Positions 50,746-64,000 of a stretch of DNA of 64,000 bases are shown piece by piece (the stretch's first letter is position 1; each line of letters starts with the position of its first letter). Below the pieces are notes generated by a model. The model searched no databases. It was not told the DNA's origin and worked only from the letters and a program-made list of their open reading frames with translations. The position numbers were made by a program, and so were the translations under genes. Source of the stretch: Mobula hypostoma (Eukaryota); NCBI RefSeq assembly GCF_963921235.1, contig NC_086097.1:217064001-217128000 (forward strand). The letters run 5' to 3'.

Positions 50746-51340
50746 GGGAGGAGAAGATGGCAGCGCACCTGCGCATGCGTAGCCCTCCGGTGAAAAATGA
50801 TATCGTATCTGTTAAATAGGGGCCGTGGATAATTCTGATTTGATGGAGAATGGACGTGAAAGCACAGAGGAACATCTGGAGAAATTTCTGAAACGCCCGT
50901 CCGTTGCTGTCGTTACTGTGTGGTCGGGAATCTTTCGGAGGGTAGGTCTCAAAATCCCCGGCCTTGCCTGCTTTTGGCAACCGAGAAGGAGGTCGAATCG
51001 TTCGGATAGAGATCGCGCTCAGTACTCGGTGTCGGAGAGCTGATCAGAGCTCGAAGTTTTCGGATGACTCAAAGTCAGACCGTGGTCAGGTATGGCAGGG
51101 AGAGTTTTTCTTCCTTCTCTCCGTCTGCGTGAGATGTGGGACATTTGAGAAATTTTGAACTTTACTGTGCTCACGGACTTCTTCATCAAGTAATGGCATT
51201 GTTACACTGTTTGTAACTATATGTTATAATTATGTGGTTTTGTCAGTTTTTTCAGTCTTGGTTTGTCCTGTGTTTTGTGATATCACACCAGAGGAAATAA
51301 TGTATAATTTCTTAATGCGTGCATTACTAAATGACAATAA
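50746..51340 (+). mobile_element. Non-coding SINE-like retroelement, copy 2
   Basis: Homologous to 46708-47352. Confidence 0.75.
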
Positions 51341-52117
51341 ACATAGAAACATAGAAACATAGAAAATAGGTGCAGGAGTAGGCCATTCGGCCCTTCGAGC
51401 CTGCACCGCCATTTATTATGATCATGGCTGATCATCCAACTAAGAACCCTGCACCAGCCTTCCCTCCATACCCCCTGATCCCCGTAGCCACAAGGGCCAT
51501 ATCTAACTCCCTCTTAAATATAGCCAATGAACTGGCCTCAACTGTTTCCTGTGGCAGAGAATTCCACAGATTCACCACTGTCTGTGTGAAGAAGTTTTTC
51601 CTAATCTCGGTCCTAAAAGGCTTCCCCTTTATCCTCAGACTGTGACCCCTCGTTCTGGACTTCCCCAACATCGGGAACAATCTTCCTGCATCTAGCCTGT
51701 CCAATCCCTTTAGGATTTTATACGTTTCAATCAGATCCCCCCTCAATCTTCTAAATTCCAACGAGTACAAGCCCAGTTCATCCAGTCTTTCATCATATGA
51801 AAGTCCTGCCATCCCAGGAATCAACCTGGTGAACCTTCTTTGTACTCCCTCTATGGCAAGGATGTCTTTCCTCAGATTAGGGGACCAAAACTGCACACAA
51901 TACTCCAGGTGTGGTCTCCCCAAGGCCTTGTACAACTGCAGTAGTACCTCCCTGCTCCTGTACTCCAATCCTCTTGCTATAAATGCCAGCATACCATTTG
52001 CCTTTTTCACCGCCTGCTGTACCTGCATGCCCACTTTCAATGACTGGTGTATAATGACACCCAGGTCTCGTTGCACCTCCCCTTTTCCTAATCGGCCACC
52101 ATTCAGATAATAATCTG
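51341..52117 (-). mobile_element. Young CR1 3' fragment
   Basis: ORF 51432-52076 is near-identical to the C-terminus of the 38.8-kb CR1; (CATAGAAA)n tail. Confidence 0.97.
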
Positions 52118-53729
52118 ACTACGTGTCTTCATAATCATAAAATGAGGTGGAATCAATTGCAGGTTAACTTAATAGAAGCTTACCCAAATATTAACGTGGT
52201 GCCAAAGTTAATTTCAGAAAAGAAATTGCTTTGCTGAATCAATATAAGATCCCATTTGAAATTGGTGTGATCAACAGTATCTATGCAAATTCTGATGCGA
52301 GGAGATTGACTTTAAGTGTTCTCTGTTTTACTCATCAGATATTTCTTGCCTTGTAGAATATTTTCAGCATTTTCAGTTGTTAATTCAAGATAGAGAGAGT
52401 TTTCTGTCCAACACAATCTGGTGGTACAATTGTAATGAAATTTTCTCTGGTCAGAAAAGCATCAAATAGATATCATAGCTGGTGATGACAGAGGAAGAAA
52501 ACTCAATGGGAACATTCCTGTCGTCACCATAGAGACTGTAAACCCAAACGGAAGTGGAGAGTCTTCCAGCCCAATATAATGATACGACACTTAACGGACA
52601 CGAAAAAAATGGCAAACTGTTGTTCTGCATTGTCATATATAGGGTATGGACATAAATCAGAAGTATATCCATTCGAAAAAACCAGACTCAAATCTTTTCT
52701 CACTTTACAAGGACTCACTTGTAGTTGGCAAGTGTAAATCTGACTTAGTAGAAACTATGAGTAATTGTTTCCCTCCTCAGAGCAGGGATGGAGCCAATTG
52801 CAGATTAGGATAATTTAATCCAACATGGACCAGGAGTAGAAAAGATAATATCTGTCAGGTATATGAGGCTGCAGTTGCCACTGAATAAAACAGTGAATAA
52901 GATACCATTTCATTTACTTATTTTAAAACACACGAATAGTAAAACTGCATGAAAATGAACACAGATACTTGTCACTCTTTCATCTCTTCACCCAGGAAAT
53001 ATCTACTCAAAATTCTGTTCAGAGAGTGGATTCATTATTTAAACATTTCAGTTACACCGAATTTTTTTTCTAGTTTGGCATCGCATCATAGATACATTTT
53101 CATGGGATTATTTTCCAGATATGGATGTGAAATTAATTACATTATTGATGTATTAAAGACCTGTTGATTCAAAGTTTCAAAAAATCAATGTGCATTTATT
53201 ATCAAAGAATGTGTAAATTATACCACCTTGAGATTTGTTTCCTTACAGGCAGTCACAAAGCGAGGAACCCGAAAGAACCCAATTTTTTAAAAAATAAGGC
53301 CAAGTCCCAGGTGCCCACAGAGAAAGAAAAAAAAACAAATCATGCAAACATTAGAGGCAGACAACAACAGCGGTATTCTAAAGTAAACTGAGTCCTTAGA
53401 TCCAAATCTCCAGAGCAACCCAGCGTAGGCCCAAAGCTTTGATATTCTGTTCATCATATTAGCGGGGATATCACCGAAAATTTCACAGACATGAAGCACA
53501 ACAGCTGAGAGCAGTCTCACAGCCTTAGCATCCTGGAGAGAGGAGCACTCAAACTATCCGGGCAGGCATTTACATTGTCAAAACCTCGCACTAGGACCTG
53601 GCCTCACCGTGATGAATTGCTCCAGGCCTAGATTTCACTGCCAGAGAAGCTGTTCTTGACCTCCCCAAATCGGCTCAGCATCCAACCCCACCCGACATCC
53701 TGCCGTCCGGTCTATCTGGACTGGCATTT

Positions 53730-54977
53730 GTAAGACCATAAGGTAAAGGAGCAGAATTAGGCCATTTGGCCCATCGAGTCTGTTCTGCCATTTCATCATG
53801 ACTAATCCAATTTTCCTTTCAGCACCAATCTCCTGCCTTCTCCCCATAACATAGAAACATAGAAAATAGGTGCAGGAGTAGGCCATTCGGCCCTTCGAGC
53901 CTGCAGTGCCATTCAGTATGATCATGGCTGATCATCCAACTCAGAACCCTCTACCAGCCTTCCCTCCATACCCCCGATCCCTTTAGCCACAAGGGCCATA
54001 TCTAACTCCCTCTTAAATATAGCCAATGAACTAGCCTCAACTGTTTCCTGTGGCAGAGAATTCCACAGATTCACCACTCTCTGTGTGAAGAAGTTTTTCC
54101 TCATCTCGGTCCTAAAAGGCTTCCCCTTTATCCTTAAACTGTGACCCCTCGTTCTGGACTTCCCTAACATCGAGAACAATCTTCCTGCATCTAGCCTGTC
54201 CAATCCCTTTAGGATTTTATACGTTTCAATAAGATTCTCCCTCAATCTTCTAAATTCCAGAGAGTATAAGCCTAGTTGATCCAGTCTTTCATCATATAAA
54301 GTCCTGCCATCCCAGGAATCAATCTGGTGAACCTTCTTCGTACTCCCTCTATAGCAAGAATGTCTTTCCCCAGATTAGGGGACCAAAACTGCACAGAATA
54401 ACCCTTCATGCCCTGACCAATCAATAATCTATCAAGCTCTGCCTTAAATATACATAAAGACTTGGCCTTCACAGCTGCCTGTGGCAAAGAATTCCACAGA
54501 TTCACCACTCTCTAGCTAAAGAAATTTCTCCTCATCTCCGTTCTAGAAGGACACCCCTCTATTCTGAGGCTGTGTCCTCTGGTCTTAGATTCCCCCACCA
54601 TAGGAAACATCCTCTCCACGTTTACTCTATCAAGGCCTTTCAGCATTCAATTTTATTTCAATGACGTCACCCCTCATTCTTCTGAATTCTAGTGACTACA
54701 AGCCCAGAGCCATCAGACGCTCTTCATATGACAAGCCATTTAATCCTGGAATCATTTTCATGTACCTCCTTGGAACACTCTCCAGTGTCAGCACATCCCT
54801 TCCAAGAAAAGGAGCTCAATCCTGCTCACAACACTCCAAGTGAGGCCTCACCAGTGCTTTATAAAGTTTCAACATTACATCCTTGCTTTTATATTCTAGT
54901 CCTCTTGAAATGAATGTTAACATCGTATTTGTCTTCCTCAGCACAAACTCAACCTGCAAATTAACCTTTAGGGAATC
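53730..54977 (-). mobile_element. Older CR1 3' fragment containing a young CR1 (53851-54397)
   Basis: Two CR1 tails in series; ATAAC duplicated at 53846-53850 and 54398-54402. Confidence 0.9.
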
Positions 54978-55884
54978 AGGACTGGAAATGAAAGGAGGAG
55001 AAGCCACAGTAAGAAGGTGTCCAAACAGCACATTGTACCTCACGTCAAGACCAGGGCTTTGCCGCAGTGAAACGCTCTAGGCCAGGATTTTGTTGCCAAA
55101 GAAGCCATTCTGATTTGTTCTTATGCATCACTGTCTTTAAAGAAAAGGAAGCATTTTAATTTCAGAAAGAAAGAGTGATATGTTTAAAATATAAAGTATA
55201 CTGAGATCAAGGGGTTGCACTCTCCACAAATAACATAAAATAATGTAACTGAAATAACTGAACCCAGAACACACACTTGTACGATTCAAGCATTCTGTTA
55301 TTTTTTTTAACTTGTGCACAAGTATAACAGCATTGCCCTGTAACCCAACTTGTCCTGAAGCCAGGAGAAAACTGCTTATCAGTTATGAATATAGATGATT
55401 TGGTAAAAGGTATGTGTTGAATTCCTGGCTTCAAGGATCTATTGCCATTCACAAAAGAGGTGTTCAAGTCAATCAAAACTTCAAGAGGACAGCCGATGAT
55501 ATTTTGAAGTTAGCAAAGACAATTGTGCCTTATTTGTTGAGTATGTTTCACATCCTTCTGTTATTCTTATCTCATCTGTCTCTGGCATCCCTGGTTTGTA
55601 AAGGGACACTACATTTTAGAAATACCTTTCTGGAAAAGTCTCACTACAGAGGTCTTGCACATCTGGCTTGAGTATACTCTGCCACAAACACCCCAGCCTA
55701 TCTCATCTGTAGTAATCAGAGGTTTTTCTGGCTGTCTCACCTCAAAGGCCTTGCTTGACTACAACTGTACCAGGCTAATTCTTGCCTGGACGTTGTCTTT
55801 AACCCTTGCCTTACCACAACTTCCACAGAGTTCTACAGAGTAAGATAACCACTGATAGAATCAACACTGGAAATCAGCAGCGTA

Positions 55885-56562
55885 AGTTCAAAGTTCAAAG
55901 TAAATTTATTATCAAAGTACATAAACATCACCATATACAACCATGAGATTCATTTTCTTGTGGGCATGCACAGTAAATCCAAGAAACACAATAGAATCAA
56001 TAAAAGACTGAACCCAATAGGACTTATAAAGAACCAGTAGGCAAAAATAACTGAAAATACAAACAATAATAATAATAATAATAAATAAGCAAAAAATATC
56101 GAGAACATGAGATGAAGAGTCCTTGAAAGTGAATCCATAGGTTGTAGGAACAATTCAGTGAGGAGCAAGAGAAGTTGAGTGAAGTTATCCCCTCTGATTC
56201 AGAAGCCTGATTGTTCCTGATCCTGGTGGTGTGTCCTGAGGCTCCTGTACCTTCTTCTTGATGGCAGTGGTGAGAAGAGAGTATGGCCTGGATGGCGGGA
56301 GTCCTTACTGATGGATGCTGCTTTTCTGTGACAGTTCTCCATGTGCTCAGTGGTGGAGAGGGCTTTACCCATGATGATCTGAGCCGTATCCACTACTTTT
56401 TGGAGGATTTTCTATTCAGTGGCATTGGTGTTTCCGTACCAGGCTATGGTGCAATGAGTCAATATACTCCCTAGAAGTTTGTCAAAGTTTTAGTTGACAT
56501 ACCAGATCTTCGCACACTTCTAAGAAAGTAGAGGTGCTACTGTGCTTTCTTCATAATGGCAT
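55885..56562 (-). mobile_element. Rex1/Babar-type LINE 3' end
   Basis: HPGHTLFSPLPSRRRYRSL motif; (TTTGAAC)n tail. Confidence 0.8.
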
Positions 56563-56674
56563 ACATAATACCAGCCTATTGTTATTGTATGTGCTATCCA
56601 GGCTAATTTTGTCTTTTCCAACTGTATTCAGATATTGTCTTCACCCTGTATGATAATGTGTTTAACTTCAGTAT

Positions 56675-58214
56675 TGTCATAAGGGCAGTGGCTAGGAACG
56701 GACCCAAATGCAAGACACAGACACTGAAGTACTAGGGACAGGACTGGGGTACAGGGCAATGGCAAGGACATGGACAGGAAAACCAGGAACCTGGAACAGG
56801 ACTGAACAAGAGACCTAGGAGCCCGGGCTTGGACTCTGAGCCAGAGACTGGACTGGGTCTTCCCCATGGCTCGGACCCCAGAACTAGGCAAGGACGAGGC
56901 TTGGCAGGCAGGCAGGGCGAAGCTGGAGTCTTCAGGCTAGAAGCTAAAGGCTAGAGACTTGGCTTGGCAAGAGGCTAGAGGCTAGAGACTTGGCTTGGCT
57001 TGGCAAGAGGCTAGAGGCTAGAGACTGGAGTCTACAGGCTTGGGGCTAGGCAAGAGACGAGGCGAAGCTTGGCAGGAGGCTGGAGGCTGGAGACTAGAGG
57101 TGAGGCTGGAGGCTGGAGGCTGGAGACTGGAGGCTGGAGACTGGAGGCTGGAGGCTTGAGGCTTGGCAGGCTCCTCCTAGGCAGGGTGCGGATCACCTGG
57201 GCAGGGCGCGGATCACCACTCGACAGAGGCAAGGGACAGGAAGGGACAGAACCAACCCCAGGTAACGGCAAGATGGCCTGGCTTACCTGGGCGGATGCAA
57301 GGGACAGGAAAGGAGCTAGGTACAGGGTGGCTCCAGGACCAGACAGCAAGACAAGGCAAGGCTACTGGCAAAGCAAGGCAAGACGAGAACTTCAGGCGAG
57401 GCGAGAGTTACCAACAAGACAAGGCAAGGCTACTGGCAAAGCAAGGCAAGACGAGAACTTCAGGCGAGGCGAGAGTTACCGGCAAGGCTACTGGCAAAGC
57501 AAGGCAAGACGAGAACTTCAGGCGAGGTGAGAGTTACCGGCAAGGCTACTGGCAAAGCAAGGCAAGACGAGAACTTCAGGCGAGGCGAGAGTTACCGGCA
57601 AGGCTACTGGCAAAGCAAGGCAAGACGAGAACTTCAGGCGAGGCGAGAGTTACCGGCAAGGCTACTGGCAAAGCAAGGCAAGACGAGAACTTCAGGCGAG
57701 GCGAGAGTTACCGGCAAGGCTACTGGCAAAGCAAGGCAAGACGAGAACTTCAGGCGAGGCGAGAGTTACAGGCAAGGCAAGACGAGGCGAGAGTTACAGG
57801 CAAGGCAAGGCGAGGCGAGAGTTACAGGCGAGGCAAGGCGAGGCGAGAGTTACAGGCGAGGCAAGGTGAGGCGAGAGTTACAGGCGAGGCAAGGCGAGGC
57901 GAGAGTTACAGGCGAGGCGAGAGTTACAGGCAAGGCGAGGCAAGAGTTACAGGCGAGGCGAGAGTTACAGGCAAGGCAAGGCTTCAGGCAAGGAAACAGA
58001 AGGCAGGGGAAGGGATACAAGGAGTAAGGACAAGAACAATCCAGCGGCCACGCCCTGGTCTCTGGAGGTATTTATGCAGCCAGTCCCAACTAGCATCAGC
58101 TGACTCAATTAGAGCTCAACAAGACAGAAACAGGGTAGATAGGAAAACCTGGAGCAAGGGTCGATGGACCGGACCGTGAACCGGAATATGGACTTCCCGG
58201 ACCGGACTATGACA
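56675..58214 (-). mobile_element. Solo LTR (Gypsy-like) with internal tandem arrays
   Basis: TGTCATA...TATGACA inverted termini; imperfect TSD AGTAT/AGGAT; TATA-like ATAAATA on the minus strand near 58070. Confidence 0.7.
57355..57980. repeat. 58-bp tandem repeat (about 7 copies) grading into shorter GGCGAGAGTTACA-based units
   Basis: Unit GGCAAGGCTACTGGCAAAGCAAGGCAAGACGAGAACTTCAGGCGAGGCGAGAGTTACC at 57481, 57539, 57597, 57655 and 57713. Confidence 0.95.
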
Positions 58215-61200
58215 AGGATATTCCTTGAAAGCATCAACATAGGAAGACATGCTGATTTATATGACATTTCAAACTGTAAAAGTTAAAAGTAAACTTAATT
58301 TAATGAACAAGTTTCTGTTGGCATCACCAATGGATAGAATCAGATACTTTGGAATACACGTTCCATGATAATTTAAACCACCTTGTTAAAATTGGGGTGC
58401 TATACAGCTTCCAATTCTTTGCCCTCTAGAAATCAGTTATTTCATTACACTGATTTTCTTGATTGTATGTATCAGTTAAAAATCAAGTCCAGTTTATACC
58501 CTCTTTAACCTTAAAGAATTCCTTCCTCCCATTGTACTCTTCTCAAGGACTGCAGTACCTCTGTTCCTTCAGAAAAACCTTGTGTACTTTTGCTGCATCT
58601 CACAAGCATTTCAACTTCTAATTTTAGTTTTCAAACATTTTTGTCGATTTGTGTTTTTTTATTGTGACCCATGAGAATTTAAAATTTACAGGGGAAAAAA
58701 GTGGTGTTTGATTGCAGCAAACTTTGTATCTGTTTCCCATTTCCAGGTCACATTGTGAATCTATTCAGTTTATAATACAATGAGTCTGATAGTGTTTTCT
58801 GTGTTATATCCTTTAGGATCAGAGATTTTATTTGCTCTTTTCGGATTAACAGATTTTTTTCATTGATTCATCTGTCTTTTTACATAGAAATCTTTTACTT
58901 AATTGTTATATCCTTACCCTGGTGGCATTGGGAAAATAAGCATCTTAATCTCAGTCATGAATAGAAAAGAGCATATGTATTCTTCACTGATGTAATTTCA
59001 AATACATTCCTTTAGTTCGTTGCGCAGAGGGACAGACAAGGTTTTGAACTGCTTTACTGAGTCATTCCAGTCAATTCACTTGAAAGTACGTCACTGCTGC
59101 TGTCAAACTGCTGTCAAAATGGTTATGCTGAGCTCTTTTAAGCTATGCAATTCTCTTCAATTGGCTGAGATCTATTAACGAATATATCAATTTGTTCTTA
59201 TTTAAGTTATGCAAATTATTTTTCTTCTGTTGAACATGAGAAATTATCAGCAGACATAAACCCTACATCCTCTTGAGCATATTCTGCTTTTCAACAAGAC
59301 CGTGATTGATTTCTGGCCTCAAAACTTGAGGACTAAGAAGTGTAATATTATATTACATCTGTGCTTGTGCATTTAAAATGGTAATAAAGAACAACCAGAT
59401 ATATTTCATGAACACCAAGCAAAGGATTGTTTCTTACATCCTTACTGGTTGAATTATGGTTTCAAGGGAGTGTTCCTAATGTTTTAAATTATACTAGTGA
59501 TCTCTGTGGATTAATATGTACTGACACTGATAATTTTAGAACATTGTAATCTAGCTTCCTGAAGCATTTTTTAAAGAAATGCATTCACAGTAAACAGATA
59601 TACAATTATAATATAATTCTAAATCAATGACAGTGCACAAGATGGCATCATCTCCAAGGATCCCTTGAATAGGAGGTTGTTTGATCGAATGACCTGTTGG
59701 ACATCTGGTGATCTGTGTTAACTGTAAGGAACTTCAATAATGAATATCATCAGTGGGAAACTGATGACAGGAGTCCAATACAACATTAACCGTGGGTAGG
59801 GATGCAATGCCACATATATCAGTGATATTAACAGCTCCATAGCAAATAAGGTCACAGAATAGCCAACAATTCCTACAGCCATTGTGCCTATGGCTAGTTT
59901 AGTCTTTCCTGAATTGACTTGCTTAGTCAGGAATGGAAATGCACAACGTGAGGTGGCCTCACTAGTGTTTGAAATGTACAGTTTCATCAGCCCAGGCAGG
60001 TGAAAGGATGCCAACTAACAAAGTGATGGTATTTCACTTTGAACGTGAGTCACTTTTTAAGTGATCCAGGAACACCATAGGAATTCGAGTTCAAGATGTC
60101 ACAATTTTAATTAATTGTACCTCTCCATGTCTTATCTGTCATTTAGTTAATAGAATTTGGATCCATAATGGTATTACATAAAAACTTAAGGTTGGTAATT
60201 CTGACATTTTACAGTTGTGTAAAGTAGTAGTGTAAAGTTCTGCATCAATCCTACATTTTTATTTCTATGAAAAATAAAAATCAAGAAAGACACAAAATTG
60301 GTCATTCCGTTACGATAACCCATTTAACACTACCACCTATCGCATAAAACACATTGAATTGCAATTACAGTAAACTATTTTCCAGCACTAGCCTCAATCA
60401 TGAGGGATTTTGAGTTATCTCTTTATATGTGTTCATGAGCAGTGTATTTTGCAATTCTGCGCCAGAGTGAACTTTTGATATTCTTTTCCTTCTTTCACAA
60501 ATCTTGGTTGCTTACAATCATGTAGTTAGAGGAACTTAGCTAAGGGAAAAGTAGATTAAAGTACCTTTAGGTTAAACATAAATGTCTAAAGCACATGGCT
60601 CAGGCTAAAATTCAAAACTGCAGGATAAGTGAGCTTTAAAACATAGGGATGTCTCATGTCCAGAATTGTACTTTAGCATAACCTTTTATGTTTGAAAAAG
60701 TTGAAAACTCAGTCACATGCATTTCCCCCAGTTTTTAAATGAATGTTCTGTTGCAGAGATGGAAATGAGATAAGATCCTTTAAAACATCAAGGTTAGGAA
60801 ATTGAACCTGATGTAAATTTTCAGAGCTGCACAATTTGGTGGAAAATTAAATTAAGTTAACAAGAAGAATTGCATACCACTGGGCACTCTAGTTCAGTTT
60901 TCAAATTTCTCTCTCTCTCTTTCTCTCTCTCTCATACCTGCAAGTACGATACTGACATCCAAAATGAAACGTAATAAACTTGTCACAACCTTAAGCATAG
61001 TCCTTTATTTCCTGATCATACAGTATATTGCAATATGTTAGATATGTGGGTTACGAGCAAAGAATAAAATGGCTGGAGTCACTTAGCACTTCAGTGCAGG
61101 GGTGTTTATTGTGTGCATCAAAAATCAAAGTTACAAAACTTAGTGAAAATAGTGAAAAGAAAAATGCAAATATTTACAAAATGATATCTACAACCAAACA

Positions 61201-61579
61201 CAATAACAGCTCTGTACTTACTGTCCAGTGAAAACTCCTGGCAGCCCCCGTCTCTCTCTCCCTGAGGGTGAAGAGTCCCTTTAATTCTACACTAGGACGT
61301 ACAATCTTTAATTACCATCAAAGTTAACTTAAGACATGAATTAGAATATGATACACTCCACAATGTAGTTACAAACATATTACAAAATAAATAGAAGTAT
61401 CTACATTCAGTATAGTATACAAACAACATATACACATTATAAAGAAATAGAATATTCCACCATGTGTGGCAGGAAAGGTACCAAAAGCCAACCCAAGTGT
61501 GTCAGTTCAGTTTAGTCTCATTCTGAAAATATACTGGGAAAAACATTGAAGAGCATACAGTCAGCACAACAACAAGGCA

Positions 61580-61580
<1 letters not shown>

Positions 61581-61626
<46 letters not shown>

Positions 61627-61659
61627 TGTGTGTGTGTGTGTACGTGTGTGTGTGTGCGC

Positions 61660-61694
<35 letters not shown>

Positions 61695-61712
61695 CGTGCG
61701 TGTGTGTGTGTG
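61581..61712. repeat. (TG)n microsatellite with CG interruptions
   Basis: Seen directly. Confidence 0.97.
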
Positions 61713-63359
61713 TTTACCAAGTGCTTTCCGTCACACATGTACATTCATTGAAGTATGTACTTCAAATGCCTTTGATAAAGAGATTAGTGATGACATGAAA
61801 TACTGAAAGTAAGGGTGATTATTTTCACAGCAAAATCAGGACATTTATAATGTGATGGCGACTTGACTTCATCCCACATACTGTATCATCTCTTGCTATT
61901 AGCCATATTAATTGGCTAGCAGTGTTGCTGGATGGATGAAAAGTTTATATTTTTTAAAAAATAAAAGATGCAGGGACAGATCAGTGAAAATTGTGCCCAT
62001 GACAGTTTTCCAAATAGCTCCATTGCGGACTAATGAGCTCCCTAAAGCAGTCCTTAGGGCTATAGGGAGAAAGGAGTAGTGAAAGATCGATGCCTACTGG
62101 CTCTTTGCTAAGTTCTGTATTCCCATTTATAGAAACAAACTGGATTTAATCAGCATTTGCACAATCATCAGATTTTGTGGCAGGTTGGGGGAGCACCCCA
62201 TGGGGACAGGGGAATGAGAGGGGTGAGGAGCCTCTATCTCAGATCTCTCCTCTTTGGCCAATTTAAATGTATTTATATATTTTCTTCTTTAATAATTATT
62301 GACTTATTCCTGAGATTTTATTTAGTAAGTTGATCAATTAATTGGATTTTTACTCAATTTCTGGATTTTTCATTCAATCGAGATTGAAGTTTCATATGAA
62401 TTCTTAATGGAAATTGGGCGTGGGGAAGTTGGGATACTAACCTGGAGAACATTTAGAATTATTATGTGTTAAAATAACAAGGGCATGAGTGAGTAAATTA
62501 GCAGCAGGTAGGTAGAAGCAGGAGTGAGTGGAGACTTGATCACGTTACAGTGATATATGAAAGTAGATCAAATGATGATTAGTTCAGCTCTGAGTGAGAT
62601 TATCACTTCATGAAGACTTAACTGAGTAAATAATCTTTCAGATTTAAGTAAATAATATTCTATATTTAAATTTCTGACTGAATAGAATAAAAATATATAG
62701 ATAATTACACAATAGCTGAGAATACAAAATATTTTTCCACAGAAATAATTAATAATTATTTAATTTAAATAAGTCAATAGCCAAAGGAAGAAAATAATCT
62801 GTTATATTTCAGGAAAATAAGATAACTGGAATAAAGATAGTCTGGAGTAAACAAATTGCTGAAATACTCAAAGGATTCAACTGCCTGAATAATTAATTCC
62901 TCAGCCAGTTATTGGTTTCTATCAAGTTGTTACACCTAAGGTTAATTTATTATAGTCATATCATTCCTGTCTGAAAGTCCCTCCCTCAAAGGCCTTTTGC
63001 TGAGGAAACACCACTCAGAAATCGGGGAAACAGAAAGGTTCGGGAAGGAAAAATTACTGCTAAATATTTTTAGGCAGAGCAAGCTCAGTTTCAAAGAAAT
63101 GAATGACTAATCGGTAATGTGAAGTTTACATACATCAATATTGATTATTTCATGAAGTTTTAACTGAGTAACTAATTGATTTAACTGAGTAAATAATATT
63201 GACTACTTCATGAATGAGTAAGTAATAAACGAATATTGAAAACCCTTCATTCTTGCTTCAAAAGGAGCCATCTTGATTTTAGTGCTGATCCTCACTAACA
63301 CACTGGAGAATATTTTTGTCTTTAACTGGATAATAACTGATCAAAGCTCGTTATCCATT

Positions 63360-63830
63360 ATAAAACCCAAAAATGCTGAAAACACTCAGGCAGTCAGGCA
63401 ACATTTGTGAAAGAGCAGAACTTCAGGGCTAAAACCCTTCATCAGAATTGAAGAAGAGAGAAAACAAGATGGTTTCTGCTTAGAGAATATAGGGAAGGGA
63501 TGTGCAGAACACAGGGAATATCTCTGATATGGTGAGACCAAATGAATTAGGATGGTAGTTAGGGGAATTTTCTATTTCTTTGTCTGTACTTGTGTGTTGC
63601 TGTTGGGCATATTCAGCTAAAGTTACAGAGAGAGAAAAACTGAGCCAAAATCACAGATGGACTACAGATAGAAATAATCAGTTCTAAACCGGCATACGGC
63701 AAGACCAATTTACCCAGTGTTGGAGTATTCAACACTGAGTCTACAGTCTGTAAAATTTCCAGATGGAGACAGGGTGTTTTTCTTCAAGCTTAGATTGGTC
63801 CTTGTTATAAGGCCGCAGGGAGACAGATCG
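63360..63830 (-). mobile_element. Old Penelope-like 3' fragment
   Basis: Degenerate hammerhead CTGATGA-AGGG-TTTTAG-CCC at ~63425-63447; remnant of the LRLEEKH..FHL C-terminus. Confidence 0.55.
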
Positions 63831-63834
63831 GAGA

Positions 63835-64000
63835 TAAGACAATAGACAATAGACAATAGCTACAGGAATAGGCCATTCAGCCCTTCGAGCCAGCACCACC
63901 ATTCACTGTGATCATGGCTGATCATCCAAAATCAGTACCCTTTTCCTGCCTTCTCCCCATATCCCTTCACTCCGCTATCTTTAACAGCTCTATCTAACTC
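63835..64000 (-). mobile_element. CR1 3' end running off the window
   Basis: (GACAATA)n tail followed by the CR1 3' UTR. Confidence 0.85.

Noticed and set aside
52450..52580. Plus-strand frame HQIDIIAGDDRGRKLNGNIPVVTIETVNPN, faintly cadherin-like
   Set aside because: Short, no convincing motif, and no supporting exons.
57355..57770. CRISPR-like regular array
   Set aside because: Head-to-tail units with no unique spacers, in a eukaryotic context.
57069..58179. Arg/Ala-rich ORFs of up to 294 aa
   Set aside because: They arise from tandem repeats inside an LTR.
60900..61000. Minus-strand splice donor CAG|GTATG next to a (CT)n run
   Set aside because: No matching acceptor or coding frame found.

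Overview
Vertebrate genomic DNA, mostly transposon-derived. The repeat mix (CR1 LINEs, Rex1/Babar-type LINEs, Penelope-like elements, Tc1 elements, HE1/V-SINE-like SINEs) suggests a cartilaginous fish, probably a ray; this is inferred from repeats only. The one intact host gene is a two-exon, minus-strand CRH-family precursor (CDS 23111-23611, 166 aa; predicted non-coding exon 1 and TATA box near 27445-27561). Its signal peptide, EEY pro-region motif, gene layout and peptide C-terminal half look like CRH1. Its N-terminal half (SLDVP.H.LS..I.IA) looks like urocortin-2/3, and it starts with Gln-Gly as sauvagine does. About 20 kb downstream lies an older, disabled tandem copy of the locus (collinear blocks from ~550 to ~7270) whose mature-peptide segment is replaced by a Penelope-derived insertion. 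The window also holds hammerhead-ribozyme motifs in Penelope termini, a palindromic Penelope-end insertion, a full-length Passport-like Tc1, a near full-length young CR1, a small LTR element with TSD/PBS/PPT, and several nested insertions. Repeat boundaries were read by eye and are approximate.
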